NCBI GenBank assembly: GCA_973895155.1
Contig: OZ316891.1
Location: forward strand, 1,603,324 to 1,667,323
DNA length: 64,000 nucleotides
From: Marsupella aquatica
Lineage: Eukaryota; Plantae; Marchantiophyta
Direction: 5' to 3'
This document shows, in pieces, positions 1 to 10,417 of this stretch. The notes below the pieces were generated by a model that worked only from the letters and a program-made list of their open reading frames with translations, was not told the DNA's origin and searched no databases. The position numbers and the translations under genes are program-made. Every line of letters begins with the position of its first letter. The stretch's first letter is position 1.

Positions 1-968
1 GATCTTTTTTTGTCAACTCACATTGAACTAGCCCTCACATTGTGCTCATCAATCATGGCAGAGCTATAGTAGCGAGGATACTCTAGCATGCAGTCAAGGG
101 CATTCTTGGGAAAGCGTGATTAAGTGACATCTCTAAAGTACATTATTTGGAAAGCGTGATCAACTGACATCTCTAGAGTCGAAAGCGTACATTCTCTTTG
201 GCATCGCTACAGTGTAGAGAGCCTTGCATCACTAGGGAGTGGAAGGCTCGTTGGCATTGCTACAATGTACAACTATGTAGTGCAAGGTAAGAGGACCTAA
301 ACTGGCCATCTTCTTTATGATTGAGGTATTTTTTATTGCATAAACAAGCATAATTGTACACTACTCCATAAGTTCACATTTATTCTTGCTCCCATCCTAG
401 ATTCTTTACCTACAAGCTCAAACTTTTCTCGATTAAGATATTTCTTCTTTAATGAAAAGAACTCACTACCCACATAATTCAAATTTTATCTTGTTTCTTC
501 CTGGCATTTTGCTAAAGCTCTCGTCTTCTTATGATTCAATCCTTGCTAAATTAGTTTTAATCTCATCAAACGCTCCAACTTCTTTTCGATAGAATTTCAA
601 TTACGGTAGTCAGAGTTTTGCATGCATAGAAATAGACTGGTGGGTCCAGAGTGAATTAATTTGCTTTGAATTGTTTTCCACAGAGTTTTAGCTCAGGGTT
701 TCACTTCCACAAAAATGGCATATCACGTGCGACGAAGAATAGGGTCATTTTATTGGTTGTAAGAGAAGACTTAAGAAATTTTGTAGAAGAACATTAGGGT
801 CTTTTTAATCCAATTTTTGGAATATTCCAAGAATATTCCAACTTTATAGGGATTTAAAAATTTAATTTTTTTTCTTACATTTTAGGGGGTCCGAGGCCTA
901 AAAACGTCGCAGGTGATGGGGAGGTCCCTATATAGTGAGACCCCCGAGAGTTTTAGGGGTTTGATTTA

Positions 969-2939
969 TTGGATAGAGCAAGGATTGTCCAAGGGTCACC
1001 CTTGCTTGCAGCTTGGGCAAGAATTCCAGCTGCCAATGACCCATACATTGGTGAGACTAGCATCGAACCTGTTGTAGTTGCTCCCGCTCCAGAGATGCCA
1101 TTGCTTGTATTGTCTGGTCGGGCTGCACAAAATGTTGTCACCAAGGCCCAACATTTGAAGGTGATCAATTGGATGATTGCCATTATGCAAGAGAGGGGTG
1201 TCGAGGAGAGGATCAATGAAGTCCTCTATTGTGAAACAATTTCCAGATATTTTTAGGCAAAGGTCAGGATTAGCAAATCTCATGAAGGCAAGGAGGTGGT
1301 GGAAGGACCGAGCGAGCATCTTGGAAGAGTACAAAGTGCAAGGATTATCAAATTAGCCAATCAAATATGAGTGGAAGGAATACAATTCAGATGAAGGTAC
1401 GACCAAGGAGAGGAAGAAAGCGACATCCATGGATTGAATGGTTATATACCCCATGTAGTGAGAGAAGACTTCCAAAGACTCAAAAGGGTTGGCCTGAAAT
1501 TCTCTCCAAGGGTATTGAAATTAGTGGCCAAGAATGCTCTACTGACTAATCCTCATATTCTTTTCAATGCTAGGATTGTCATGGGTGATAGTCCTGAACT
1601 TCTCATCAATTGCATCACCTCTAGATGGACTCAAACATTTCAAGAAGCCCATAGTATTGTGCATAGGTCACAAACAGGAAAGCTACAGGTCTCTGGAGCA
1701 AAGCGTGAATTGATTGAACATGAGGTTGCTTTTCACATGAGAGTTTTATGCAGAGGATTTTGAGATGGCACATTAGACAAAGATCTGCAAGAAAATATGG
1801 ATGAAACTCATTTTCAGATTAACATGGATAACGGCTGGACACTCGGGTTTTGCGGAGATCAAAACATAAAGTATGCAGATGTGGTTTCAGAAGGAGTGGG
1901 CATCACCATGGTGGTAAAAGTAACTGGTGGATCTAGAGGTAAAATTGGTATTCCATTCCTGATTTTTCAGAACACCTTGTGCAATTACCCTATCAAAGGC
2001 ATAAAGCTACCATTACCAGATGGAGTTTGTTATTGTAGCACAATGAAAGGTTTCATGAACAGTGTTTGCTTGGTTGAGTATTACAAGGAACCAAAAGTAA
2101 GTTTTGCTGACATGAGTGGAGGGAAAAAAGTGCAATGGATGGATAATTATCCAGGTCACAAGATTCTGCTAGCAGCACAGGAGGCTTTGCAACGCATCAA
2201 CACTGAGGTCCGTCGTTTCCCAGACAATGTAACAGATCTGATACAGCCCTGTGACTTTTTTGTGATATCCAAGATCAAAGATGCTTGGGCCCGTCAATGG
2301 GAGGAGAAGAAGATGTCCCTGATTCGTGACAACTGGTGGTAAGGAGATGGTAGGGCAGGGACTAGTGGCGCATTGAAAAATCCAGGCAAACAGTTTTTTC
2401 TTCAGATGGCAGCTGATGCGATGAGAGATGTGAATAGTATGGTTGATAAACATTATGGTATCAGCTATGCTTGAAAGGCAATGATTTGGACAGGTCTTTC
2501 GCTGAACCTAGAAGGAGTTTGGACTGAGCAACAACTCACTCATGACTTACAGAGAATTATTGTCAAGTTTTGAGGCACTTTTGAAGCAACAGTCAATGGA
2601 CAACCACAACCTCTTGCTGTTGATGACCCTCCTTGTCTTCCAAATGATCAGCCAGAGGAAGGCCAGGGCTATGTTGTTGTAACTGAAGTGAATGTAAGTG
2701 AAGCCCAATCTGATACTAGTGATGAATTATGTGCCCAATCCGATACTAGTGCTAGTGATTTTGAGAATTCTGGTGATGGAAGTGATTCATTGGAAGATTT
2801 TGACAATGAAAGCAATTTTGAGAGTGCAGACAATGGGCCCATTATTGTTGTTGACATTGTTGTAGAGCCCACTCCTACGGCTCCCTTTGCACAAGGACAT
2901 TTGAGTTCCCGATTTTGTAGGCTTGTTGGAATGATTTAG
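969..2939 (+). pseudogene. Decayed pogo/Tc1-mariner-like (DDE_1) transposase, DD36D triad
   Basis: One frame runs 1434-2939 with four stops (1761, 2340, 2472, 2571). Motifs MDETHFQINMDNG, WMDNYPGH and LIQPCD, with 36 aa between the 2nd and 3rd Asp. N-terminal part (ANLMKARRWWK, RGRKRHPWIEWLY) is frameshifted. Acidic C-terminal tail. Confidence 0.85.
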
Positions 2940-3459
2940 TTTTTTGATAGATAGACTTTCAAAAGAGAGCTCATTATTTTGTAGACCAATGTGGACGAAA
3001 ATAGTACTATGAATACTATAGTGGCTAGCAAGTGGAAAGTGTTCCACAATTTTGTCACGAGCAATTTAATTCCTAATCATTAGAGGAATAAAATATTGTG
3101 AACAGTTTAGGGGCCAGCATTCCAAAATTTCTTGCATGCAATTTTGAAAATAAAACATAAGGATTAAAAAATTGTATCCATTGTACTTTAGATTTAAGTA
3201 AAGTGAATGCTTGTTCATTTTGACTTGGTAAATGTGTTGTTTCTGCATGGAATCTAAAAGTATGTACACTATAAAAAATGTTCACCAAGTAAAAGAAACA
3301 ATGTGGACAAGTGTCGACCTGCAAGAGTTCAACAATGGGCTATTTGATTCAATTTGAGAGTACACTAGCACAACAGGTACCAACATCTGTTTCAACAAAT
3401 TGTACAAAATGAGAGACTTCTTAATTTTGTACTGTACAAAATTTTAAATGTTGGCTCTA

Positions 3460-4253
3460 TTATGCTGTCACCAATTTGGCCTCAATGTCATCCTCCTTGT
3501 TCATGATATCTCTTTCCACATCTTTGGCCCATTGAGCTAACAATTTCTTTGCACTCAATGTGTAAGGCTCTGCATCAACGATAGTATGCCTTTCCATGCA
3601 TTTGGAAAGCCAATTGTAATTGATGATCGTAACTGAACTGCACCACTGTCCTGGGTCCCGAAAATGATTCTGAACATGAAGCCAATCACAGGCAAAAATA
3701 TGTGTGACACTTGCCTCTGCACCTATCCTCCGCAATCCTCAAATTGAGACATGAAAGTTTTAAACTGGACGGGTGGCATTGAGTCTGTCACAAAGTAAGC
3801 CCGACTATCAAAGGTTTGGAAAATCCCGGTTCTTACACTTGGTGGCAATGGTAGTGCGAGGCTCCAATACCCATCTGCTGGCCTAAGGCAAAATTTGTGT
3901 GTATCCACCGGCTGCTGAGCATCCCAACAAGCTCCAACCCAATTCCAACTCACCATCACAATCTGATGTATGAACCTACGGACAGAAATGTGCAGGGTTG
4001 CCACAAGTTTCTCCACTTCATACCAATCATGTGTAATAAAATGGGTGTTGTGAATGCTTGGGAGGTGTGTTTGTTCACCACCCCTTCCCAAAAATTTGAG
4101 CTCCAATTTCTTCCTTGCCCTTTCTTCCATCCCTCCATAGAAGGTGCAAGCACACACTGAAGCAAAAATTACATGTTGCTCACACTCATCCATGGGATGC
4201 ACATTCTTCCCGAACAGGTTCATTGCCAGGAAAGCAACAAACATCTTTTCCAT
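3460..4253 (-). pseudogene. Tandem-BRCT-domain protein with a one-base frameshift near 3727
   Basis: Joining ORFs 3723-4253 and 3460-3735 gives two BRCT-like patterns: IFASV..GG..THFIT..VSWNWVGACW..VDTHKF and FDSRAYFV..GG..VTHIFA..INYNWLSKCM..VDAEPY (GG, TH-hydrophobic and W-x3-C hallmarks). Recognised by eye. Confidence 0.65.
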
Positions 4254-4285
4254 CTAAACTCCGAGCTGTCTGTTCAATGAGGTCA

Positions 4286-4400
4286 GTTTTCTGAAGCCAA
4301 CAATAGATTTATGAAGTCAACAATTTCTATAGCCAACAATCAATTTCTGAAGCCAACAATCAATTTCTGAAGCCAACAATTTCTAAAGCCAACAATCAAT
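4286..4400. repeat. ~20-bp tandem repeat (CAATTTCTGAAGCCAACAAT), about 5 copies
   Basis: Directly visible imperfect copies just upstream of the BRCT ORF start on the minus strand. Confidence 0.85.
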
Positions 4401-4919
4401 TGATCCAAGTAGTGATCAATTTCTACTCAGTTTTCTCAAAGCAAAGATTGATTACACGTATAAGATGAAAATTGGATTACACGTATGACTTCGATTTGGC
4501 AATTTTTACTCTGTCAGAGTTCTCCAAGCAAAGATTGATTACAAGTACTAATCCAATGAACTTTGCAATAGCAGGAGCAACAATAACTATGATGGATTCC
4601 AATAGCTGCAGAGGTAGCAACTCACGATTCAAGCTAGCAACATGAACTTCACAACAGGTGCAACTGTTCAGCACCACAATAGCAACTCACGTTCAACAAC
4701 ACAATATCAACAACAATCACCTTGGCAGTAGGACTACAAAGATTGATTGAGCAACAATATCAACTAGGCAACAACGATCCACTTCTAGCAGCATCAATGT
4801 TAGACTAAATGAGAGTGACAGTTGAACACCCTAACAAAGAGCCTCTGATGAGAGGCCCGGTTGCCAAGAACACTTGAAATCCCTTCATTCTGGCGCCGCG
4901 TGATACAAGCCGACAAGTC

Positions 4920-5084
4920 ACACAAATTAGTGTTACATAATACTATTTTGCGAGCATGCTAATTAGTGTTACGTAACACTATTTGACGCGCGTGTTAGTG
5001 TGACTAACACTAATTCGCGAGTAGACCCCAAAAATGGGCACTATCAAATTAGTGTTACTCACACTAATAACAGTGAACAGTGTA
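4920..5084. mobile_element. Right terminus of a TA-flanked TIR transposon (ends ..CAGTGAACAGTG|TA)
   Basis: Cluster of AATTAGTGT/ACACTAAT subterminal motifs in both orientations, ending at CAGTG (5082) plus TA. The reverse complement CACTGTTCACTGTTATTAGT resembles the TIR CACTCTTTACAGTATTTAGT of the 47.6-kb element. Left end not found in the window. Confidence 0.6.
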
Positions 5085-6049
5085 GTATACCTTTGGCAAA
5101 ATATTTGTTCAGGGTACCGTTCCCTAAGCTCCCTTCATTTCGGACACGCTCGCCAACCCAACAAAGCGACCCTCACAAGGTCTTGGAACTTTCATAATTC
5201 CTGTTAGGAGACAAGTTACCAGTGTGTAACCTTTTCTACTAGGTGCTACCATGTCCATAAACTTGTGCCCAAACAAACCCTTTTCCGGGTAGGTATTTAC
5301 AACTATAATAAGGGATCCCTCTTTTTTTGGTCCTTTGTCTCAATACAAACAAGCTTCTAGGTAGGAAAGATCCAGAGCCATTGGATTTGATTGGCTGTTT
5401 TCCCTGATCATTGATGAAGGAAATGTGCACCCTTGACACATATGTGCTTCCCGTTGCCCCATAAATGCCCCATCCTTTCTTTCCCTCTCACGTCTGACAG
5501 TCCCGGGGCCTCTCCCTATAGTTGAGTACTCGAAGGGCCGCCCAAGGGGCCGATGAGGCCGGAAATGGTTCATTTACGGGCACAAAGACTAGAAGGAGAG
5601 GGGAGAGTATGTACCCGACTCCCTATGGGCTGGCCCTCCTTGTGCCCTGCAACGCATTGACACAAGGCTCGTTATATATGATAACGACTGTTTGGGCTAA
5701 GGTTCTAGAGTGAAACCTGTTCCCACAAAATTCAGAAAAACTTCCAACTAACTCTATTAGCATTTCCTCACTTTCTTTCTGGTCACAAGGTTACAGGAGA
5801 GTAACCCCTAGTAACCACCCCTAGTAACCCAGACCAAAGCATTTCCTCACTTTCTTTCTGGTCACAGGGTTACTAGTCAACCATCATTCCCCTATACTAA
5901 AGATCTACTGTACCCCCTTATAAGTCGGCATAGCCTCCAAGTTTTCATTCTCCAAGGGAGCAAGATGTGGAGTTTAGGAAACAGCGGAAGGAACGCAGGT
6001 GGTGCCATTTTCCCGAAGGTCATGAGTCGATACAAATAGTAGCAGGGAG

Positions 6050-6190
6050 GTTAGGGAGGTTAGGGTTTAGATTCCAATTCCAATTCCGAAGCGGAGTTGT
6101 GTAGCTTCCGGAGGAGCTCAGAGAACTTCACCACGAAGCAATTGATCGAGAAATTCTGAGAGTTTTTTTCTTGTCACCCAGCTCTATAAA
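6050..6190 (+). promoter_or_regulatory. ABCF4 core promoter: telo-box (TTAGGGTTT, 6060-6068) and TATA-like CTATAAAA (~6184)
   Basis: Motifs seen directly. Telo-boxes are typical of plant translation-related genes. Function is inferred. Confidence 0.45.
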
Positions 6191-6396
6191 AGCGTCCGTC
6201 TGTCTCTCTGATCTGAGCTTCAGGTGCGGGATTTCTGATCGAGGCCGGGAAGCGAATTGATTGAGAAGACTCTGATCTTTTGGGCTCACCTGGTTCTGTT
6301 TAAAGTGTCCCCGTTTCTGTCTGTCTGAGCTCTAGTCGTGGGGTTTTGGTCGAGGTCTGGAAGCGAATTGAAGCATAGAGAGAGAAGGGTTCAGCC

Positions 6397-8634
6397 ATGG
6401 TAAGAAAAAAGGACGAAGCGGGAGGTGTGGCAGCCCCGGGGGGTGGAGGAGGCAAGAGCAGCAAAGCAGGAGCAGCCAAGGAGGCCCCGAAGAAGGAGCG
6501 ATTGTCCGTCTCCGCGTTTCTTTCAAACATCGACAAGCCTAAGAGCGAGAAGCCATCCTCTGCCGCATCCAAGCCCGCTAAACCTAAAGCCTCTGCTGCT
6601 GCTGCTGCTGCAAAGCCCTCCAGCGGGTATGCTGACATAGATCTTCCATCGTCTGACGAGGAAGACGAGGTCGTGGAAGCGATCAATGCAGACAACAAGG
6701 TGGAACTGGTGCCGAGGGGAAGGCATGCTGCGAAGAGCCATCTCCCCACGGTCCTGGACACCTCCGTGTCCGATAGGGAAGTTAAAAAGAGGGAAAAGAA
6801 AGAGCAGATGGCAGCCGTTGCTGCGGAGGTGGCTCGAGCAGAAGCGTTGAAGGATGATGGGAATGCCTTCTCAGTGGTGATTGGAACGAAAACGGCAGCC
6901 CTGGATGGAGAGGATGGGGGTGCAGATGCGAACATGAAGGATGTGAAGATCGACAGCTTCTCCGTGTCTGCCAGAGGTAAAGAGCTGTTGAAGAACACTA
7001 GTCTCACAATTGTCCACGGGAGGAGGTATGGGTTGGTTGGGCCAAATGGAAAGGGCAAGTCCACCTTGCTCAAGCTGCTGGCATGGAGACAAATCCCAGT
7101 GCCGAAGAACATAGACGTCCTTCTTGTAGAGCAGGAGGTTGTAGGGGATGAGAAGACTGCTCTCAGCGCAGTTGTCTCTGCTAATGAAGAGCTGATGAAA
7201 CTTCGGGAGGAAGCTGCCAAGCTGCAAGAGCTCTCGCTGAAAGATGAAGAACCTCCTGAGAAGGGCGATGCTGCAGAGGGTTTGGACGATTCAGAAAAGC
7301 TCACGGAAGTGTATGACAAATTGCAAGCACTGGATTCTGATGCTGCAGAGGCTAAAGCGTCTAAAATTTTGGCTGGTCTAGGGTTTACTCCTGACATGCA
7401 ATCCAGACCTACAAAGTCCTTCAGTGGAGGCTGGAGGATGAGAATATCGCTGGCAAGGGCTCTATTTGTGCAGCCCACTCTTCTACTCCTTGATGAGCCA
7501 ACGAATCACCTCGATCTCAGAGCCGTCATTTGGCTGGAGGAGTATCTGATGAGATGGAAGAAGACGCTGATTGTGGTCTCTCATGACCGTGATTTTCTGA
7601 ATTCAGTCTCCACGGATATAATTCACTTGCATGACCAGAAGCTGCACTTCTACAAGGGTAATTTTGCAGCCTTTGAAGAGATGTATGAGCAAAAACGCCG
7701 GGAGAACAACAAAAAGTTTGAGATTTACGAGAAGCAGCTGAAGGCAGCCAAGCGAAGTGGAAGCAAGGCACAGCAAGACAAGGTGAAGGACCGGGCGAAG
7801 ATGTCGGCAGGGAAGGATGCCAAGGCTAAGGGGAAAACCAAAGCTACAGCTGATATTGATGATGTTCCAGTGGATGCCCCACACAAGTGGTCGGATTATG
7901 AGGTGAAGTTCCATTTCCCTGAACCTACAGAGCTTGCGCCGCCTCTTCTGCAGCTCATGGACGTCGGTTTTGGCTACCCAGGGAGGGCCGATTTTAGTTT
8001 GAAGAATATCGATGTTGGTGTAGATATGGGCACTAGGGTGGCAATTGTTGGGCCTAATGGAGCAGGCAAGTCGACCCTACTCAATTTACTGGCCGGAGAT
8101 TTGACCCCAACAGAAGGGCAATCTAGGCAGAGCCAAAAACTGAGAGTAGGGAGATACTCTCAACATTTTGTGGACTTGTTGCAAATGGACGAATCCGCAG
8201 TTCAATATTTGCTGAGGCTTTATCCCGAGCAGGAGGGTCCCAGCAAGCAAGAGGCTGTTCGTGCTAAGCTAGGAAAGTTTGGTCTACCAAGCCACAATCA
8301 TCTTACCCCAATTGTAAAACTCTCTGGAGGACAGAAAGCTAGGGTGGTCTTCACTTCCATTAGTATGGCACGCCCTCACATCTTACTGCTGGATGAGCCT
8401 ACGAATCACTTAGATATGCAGAGTATTGATGCATTGGCTGATGCACTTGACGACTTCACTGGAGGAGTAGTGTTAGTGAGTCATGATTCTCGTCTGATTT
8501 CGCGCGTGTGTGAAGATGAAGAAAGGAGTGAGATTTGGGTTGTGGAGAACGGTACAGTCAGGAAATTCCCTGATAACTTCGAAGATTACAAATTAGAACT
8601 CATCAGGGAGATTCAAGCAGAGGTAGAAGACTAG
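6397..8634 (+). CDS. ABCF4: ABC-F family soluble ATPase (ABCF4/GCN4-like), 745 aa, intronless CDS
   Basis: Two NBDs (GPNGKGKST/FSGGW/LLLDEPTNHLD and GPNGAGKST/LSGGQ/LLLDEPTNHLD), no TM domain, K/A/S-rich N-terminus with YxDIDLPSSDEED. Confidence 0.95.
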   Translation: MVRKKDEAGGVAAPGGGGGKSSKAGAAKEAPKKERLSVSAFLSNIDKPKSEKPSSAASKPAKPKASAAAAAAKPSSGYADIDLPSSDEEDEVVEAINADNKVELVPRGRHAAKSHLPTVLDTSVSDREVKKREKKEQMAAVAAEVARAEALKDDGNAFSVVIGTKTAALDGEDGGADANMKDVKIDSFSVSARGKELLKNTSLTIVHGRRYGLVGPNGKGKSTLLKLLAWRQIPVPKNIDVLLVEQEVVGDEKTALSAVVSANEELMKLREEAAKLQELSLKDEEPPEKGDAAEGLDDSEKLTEVYDKLQALDSDAAEAKASKILAGLGFTPDMQSRPTKSFSGGWRMRISLARALFVQPTLLLLDEPTNHLDLRAVIWLEEYLMRWKKTLIVVSHDRDFLNSVSTDIIHLHDQKLHFYKGNFAAFEEMYEQKRRENNKKFEIYEKQLKAAKRSGSKAQQDKVKDRAKMSAGKDAKAKGKTKATADIDDVPVDAPHKWSDYEVKFHFPEPTELAPPLLQLMDVGFGYPGRADFSLKNIDVGVDMGTRVAIVGPNGAGKSTLLNLLAGDLTPTEGQSRQSQKLRVGRYSQHFVDLLQMDESAVQYLLRLYPEQEGPSKQEAVRAKLGKFGLPSHNHLTPIVKLSGGQKARVVFTSISMARPHILLLDEPTNHLDMQSIDALADALDDFTGGVVLVSHDSRLISRVCEDEERSEIWVVENGTVRKFPDNFEDYKLELIREIQAEVED

Positions 8635-9934
8635 CTTTATTAGGCTCCTCCGGGCAAGGAGCCTTAAATTGTAATCTATCCCAATTTTCCTCATCCAATA
8701 TGCTATTGAGACATGAATAGATATGATAATTTACCGTGTGACAAGGTTGATTCCTCCAATTTTCTCTAGAGGTAATCACTGTAGAGGTTTAGCAATTTCG
8801 AGAAACAATTCTTTTGGCCTGCTATTCCAATTACCTTGTGGTTGGATGGTATGGTTACGTCTGTTTGTCAGATGAATATTTTAAAGCATTTTAACGTGAG
8901 ACCACAGCGTGTTAAGCGATTTCATAGCTAAGTGTTTTGAATGGAGAGTACTAGTTAGGTTATGCTATATCTATATTTTCCAGGAAGTATCGATGGTTTA
9001 TTAGCGAGTGTTCGCCGTACGTCAAATGCTGTGTGAATATCTGCTGCTGAATCTGGGTTTTTACTACTCAATCTGAGGAGATTTTATAGGTTACTTGGTC
9101 AAAGGTGTGGTTGCTTTGAACTTATTATATACCTTCAGTTCCTACAGTAAAGTGTATGGGAGAAATCCGGATGAGATTGCCCAAAGATTGTGGTCTCGCT
9201 AGAATTCATGTTGTAAATTATCAGCCCCGCGCTGCAGTCTTTAATTGTGCGTCACATTTGCTGTCGTGACATGAGGACTCGCAAATGCCACTATCCTCTT
9301 GTCTACTTCTGCGTTTGTTTCGACCAACCCATTCTTCACTTTGCAATTTTCTCTTCCTGACAATGAAACGCACTTCTTCGCTAAATAGAATCAGGCATTT
9401 TAGAATACAGTGCGAGACCCCGTTTGACCAGTATACGAACATGTGACTGATGGATTCATAAGAAGGTCGTAGATAAGCTAAGCTTTACTGATATCTTGCA
9501 ATGATACACGTGCATTGGAATTATGGATTACCATCACCGACTAATGAATCATATGCTTCGGGTTACATCACGGTTGACCTATTCTGAGCAAGGTTGATCT
9601 GACATCCTGGTTGTCCAATTCTTCTGACAGTACCGGAGCAGTCATTCGTACTCAAGCATGAATTAACAAAGGATTCCCCTACTATCTTTCTGAAGGTGCT
9701 CACATCTCGGCCAAGGATTTGTGTAAATTGACGCGAGTTACGCTGGACAAGGAATGTCGCATTGAATGGATTTCACGTCATCTGTACTGCCGAAACGAAT
9801 CACTAAACCAGTTTGCCCAAAGATCGTAAATTAACTCCCGAATCCGCCAGTTAGAATCTTAGTGGTAATGAATGTCCCTGCCATTTATCGGAGTCTAGCT
9901 AGGAGCCCAGATTATCAAAAGTGACAAGTGGATC

Positions 9935-10057
9935 AGGCATATCCGTTTGTTGCAATCTTGGCGTCATTGAAGTTATTTCTTGTTCTTGTTGCAGGCATAT
10001 CCTTTTGTTGCAATCTTGGCGTCATAAATGATTGAAGTCATTTCTTGTTCTTGTTGC
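9935..10057. repeat. Tandem duplication of ~58 bp (second copy has a short insertion)
   Basis: CAGGCATATCC.TTTGTTGCAATCTTGGCGTCAT..GAAGT.ATTTCTTGTTCTTGTTGC occurs twice. Confidence 0.85.
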
Positions 10058-10417
10058 TAACATCTGATCACTTGTAGCCTCGTCTACTGCCTAGTTCTTT
10101 AGAGGAACTCCTTGCACATGAGGACCAGGCTTCCCGTTTGTACACCAGAATTTGATTTCAGCCCACTGCTTACAACGTCCACAACCTGCCAGGGCGAACT
10201 GGATCCAGTCCACATGACCCACTACTCGTCTCCAACAACTAGGATACCAAGCCCCCAAGTCTCGTGACGGATCACGTATACTCATCCTCTGGACCTCCTG
10301 ATGTTGCCTGATAATGTGACTTAAATCCACCTTTCCCCTCTCACGCCAGTACCTTACAAGAATGATGTACAAAACCATGTCAGGTATACAAGACAAATGA
10401 AATTGCTCCGTAAGCTT

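Noticed and set aside
6300-7478. 392-aa antisense ORF
   Set aside because: Ser/Ala/Phe-rich shadow of the ABCF4 coding strand.
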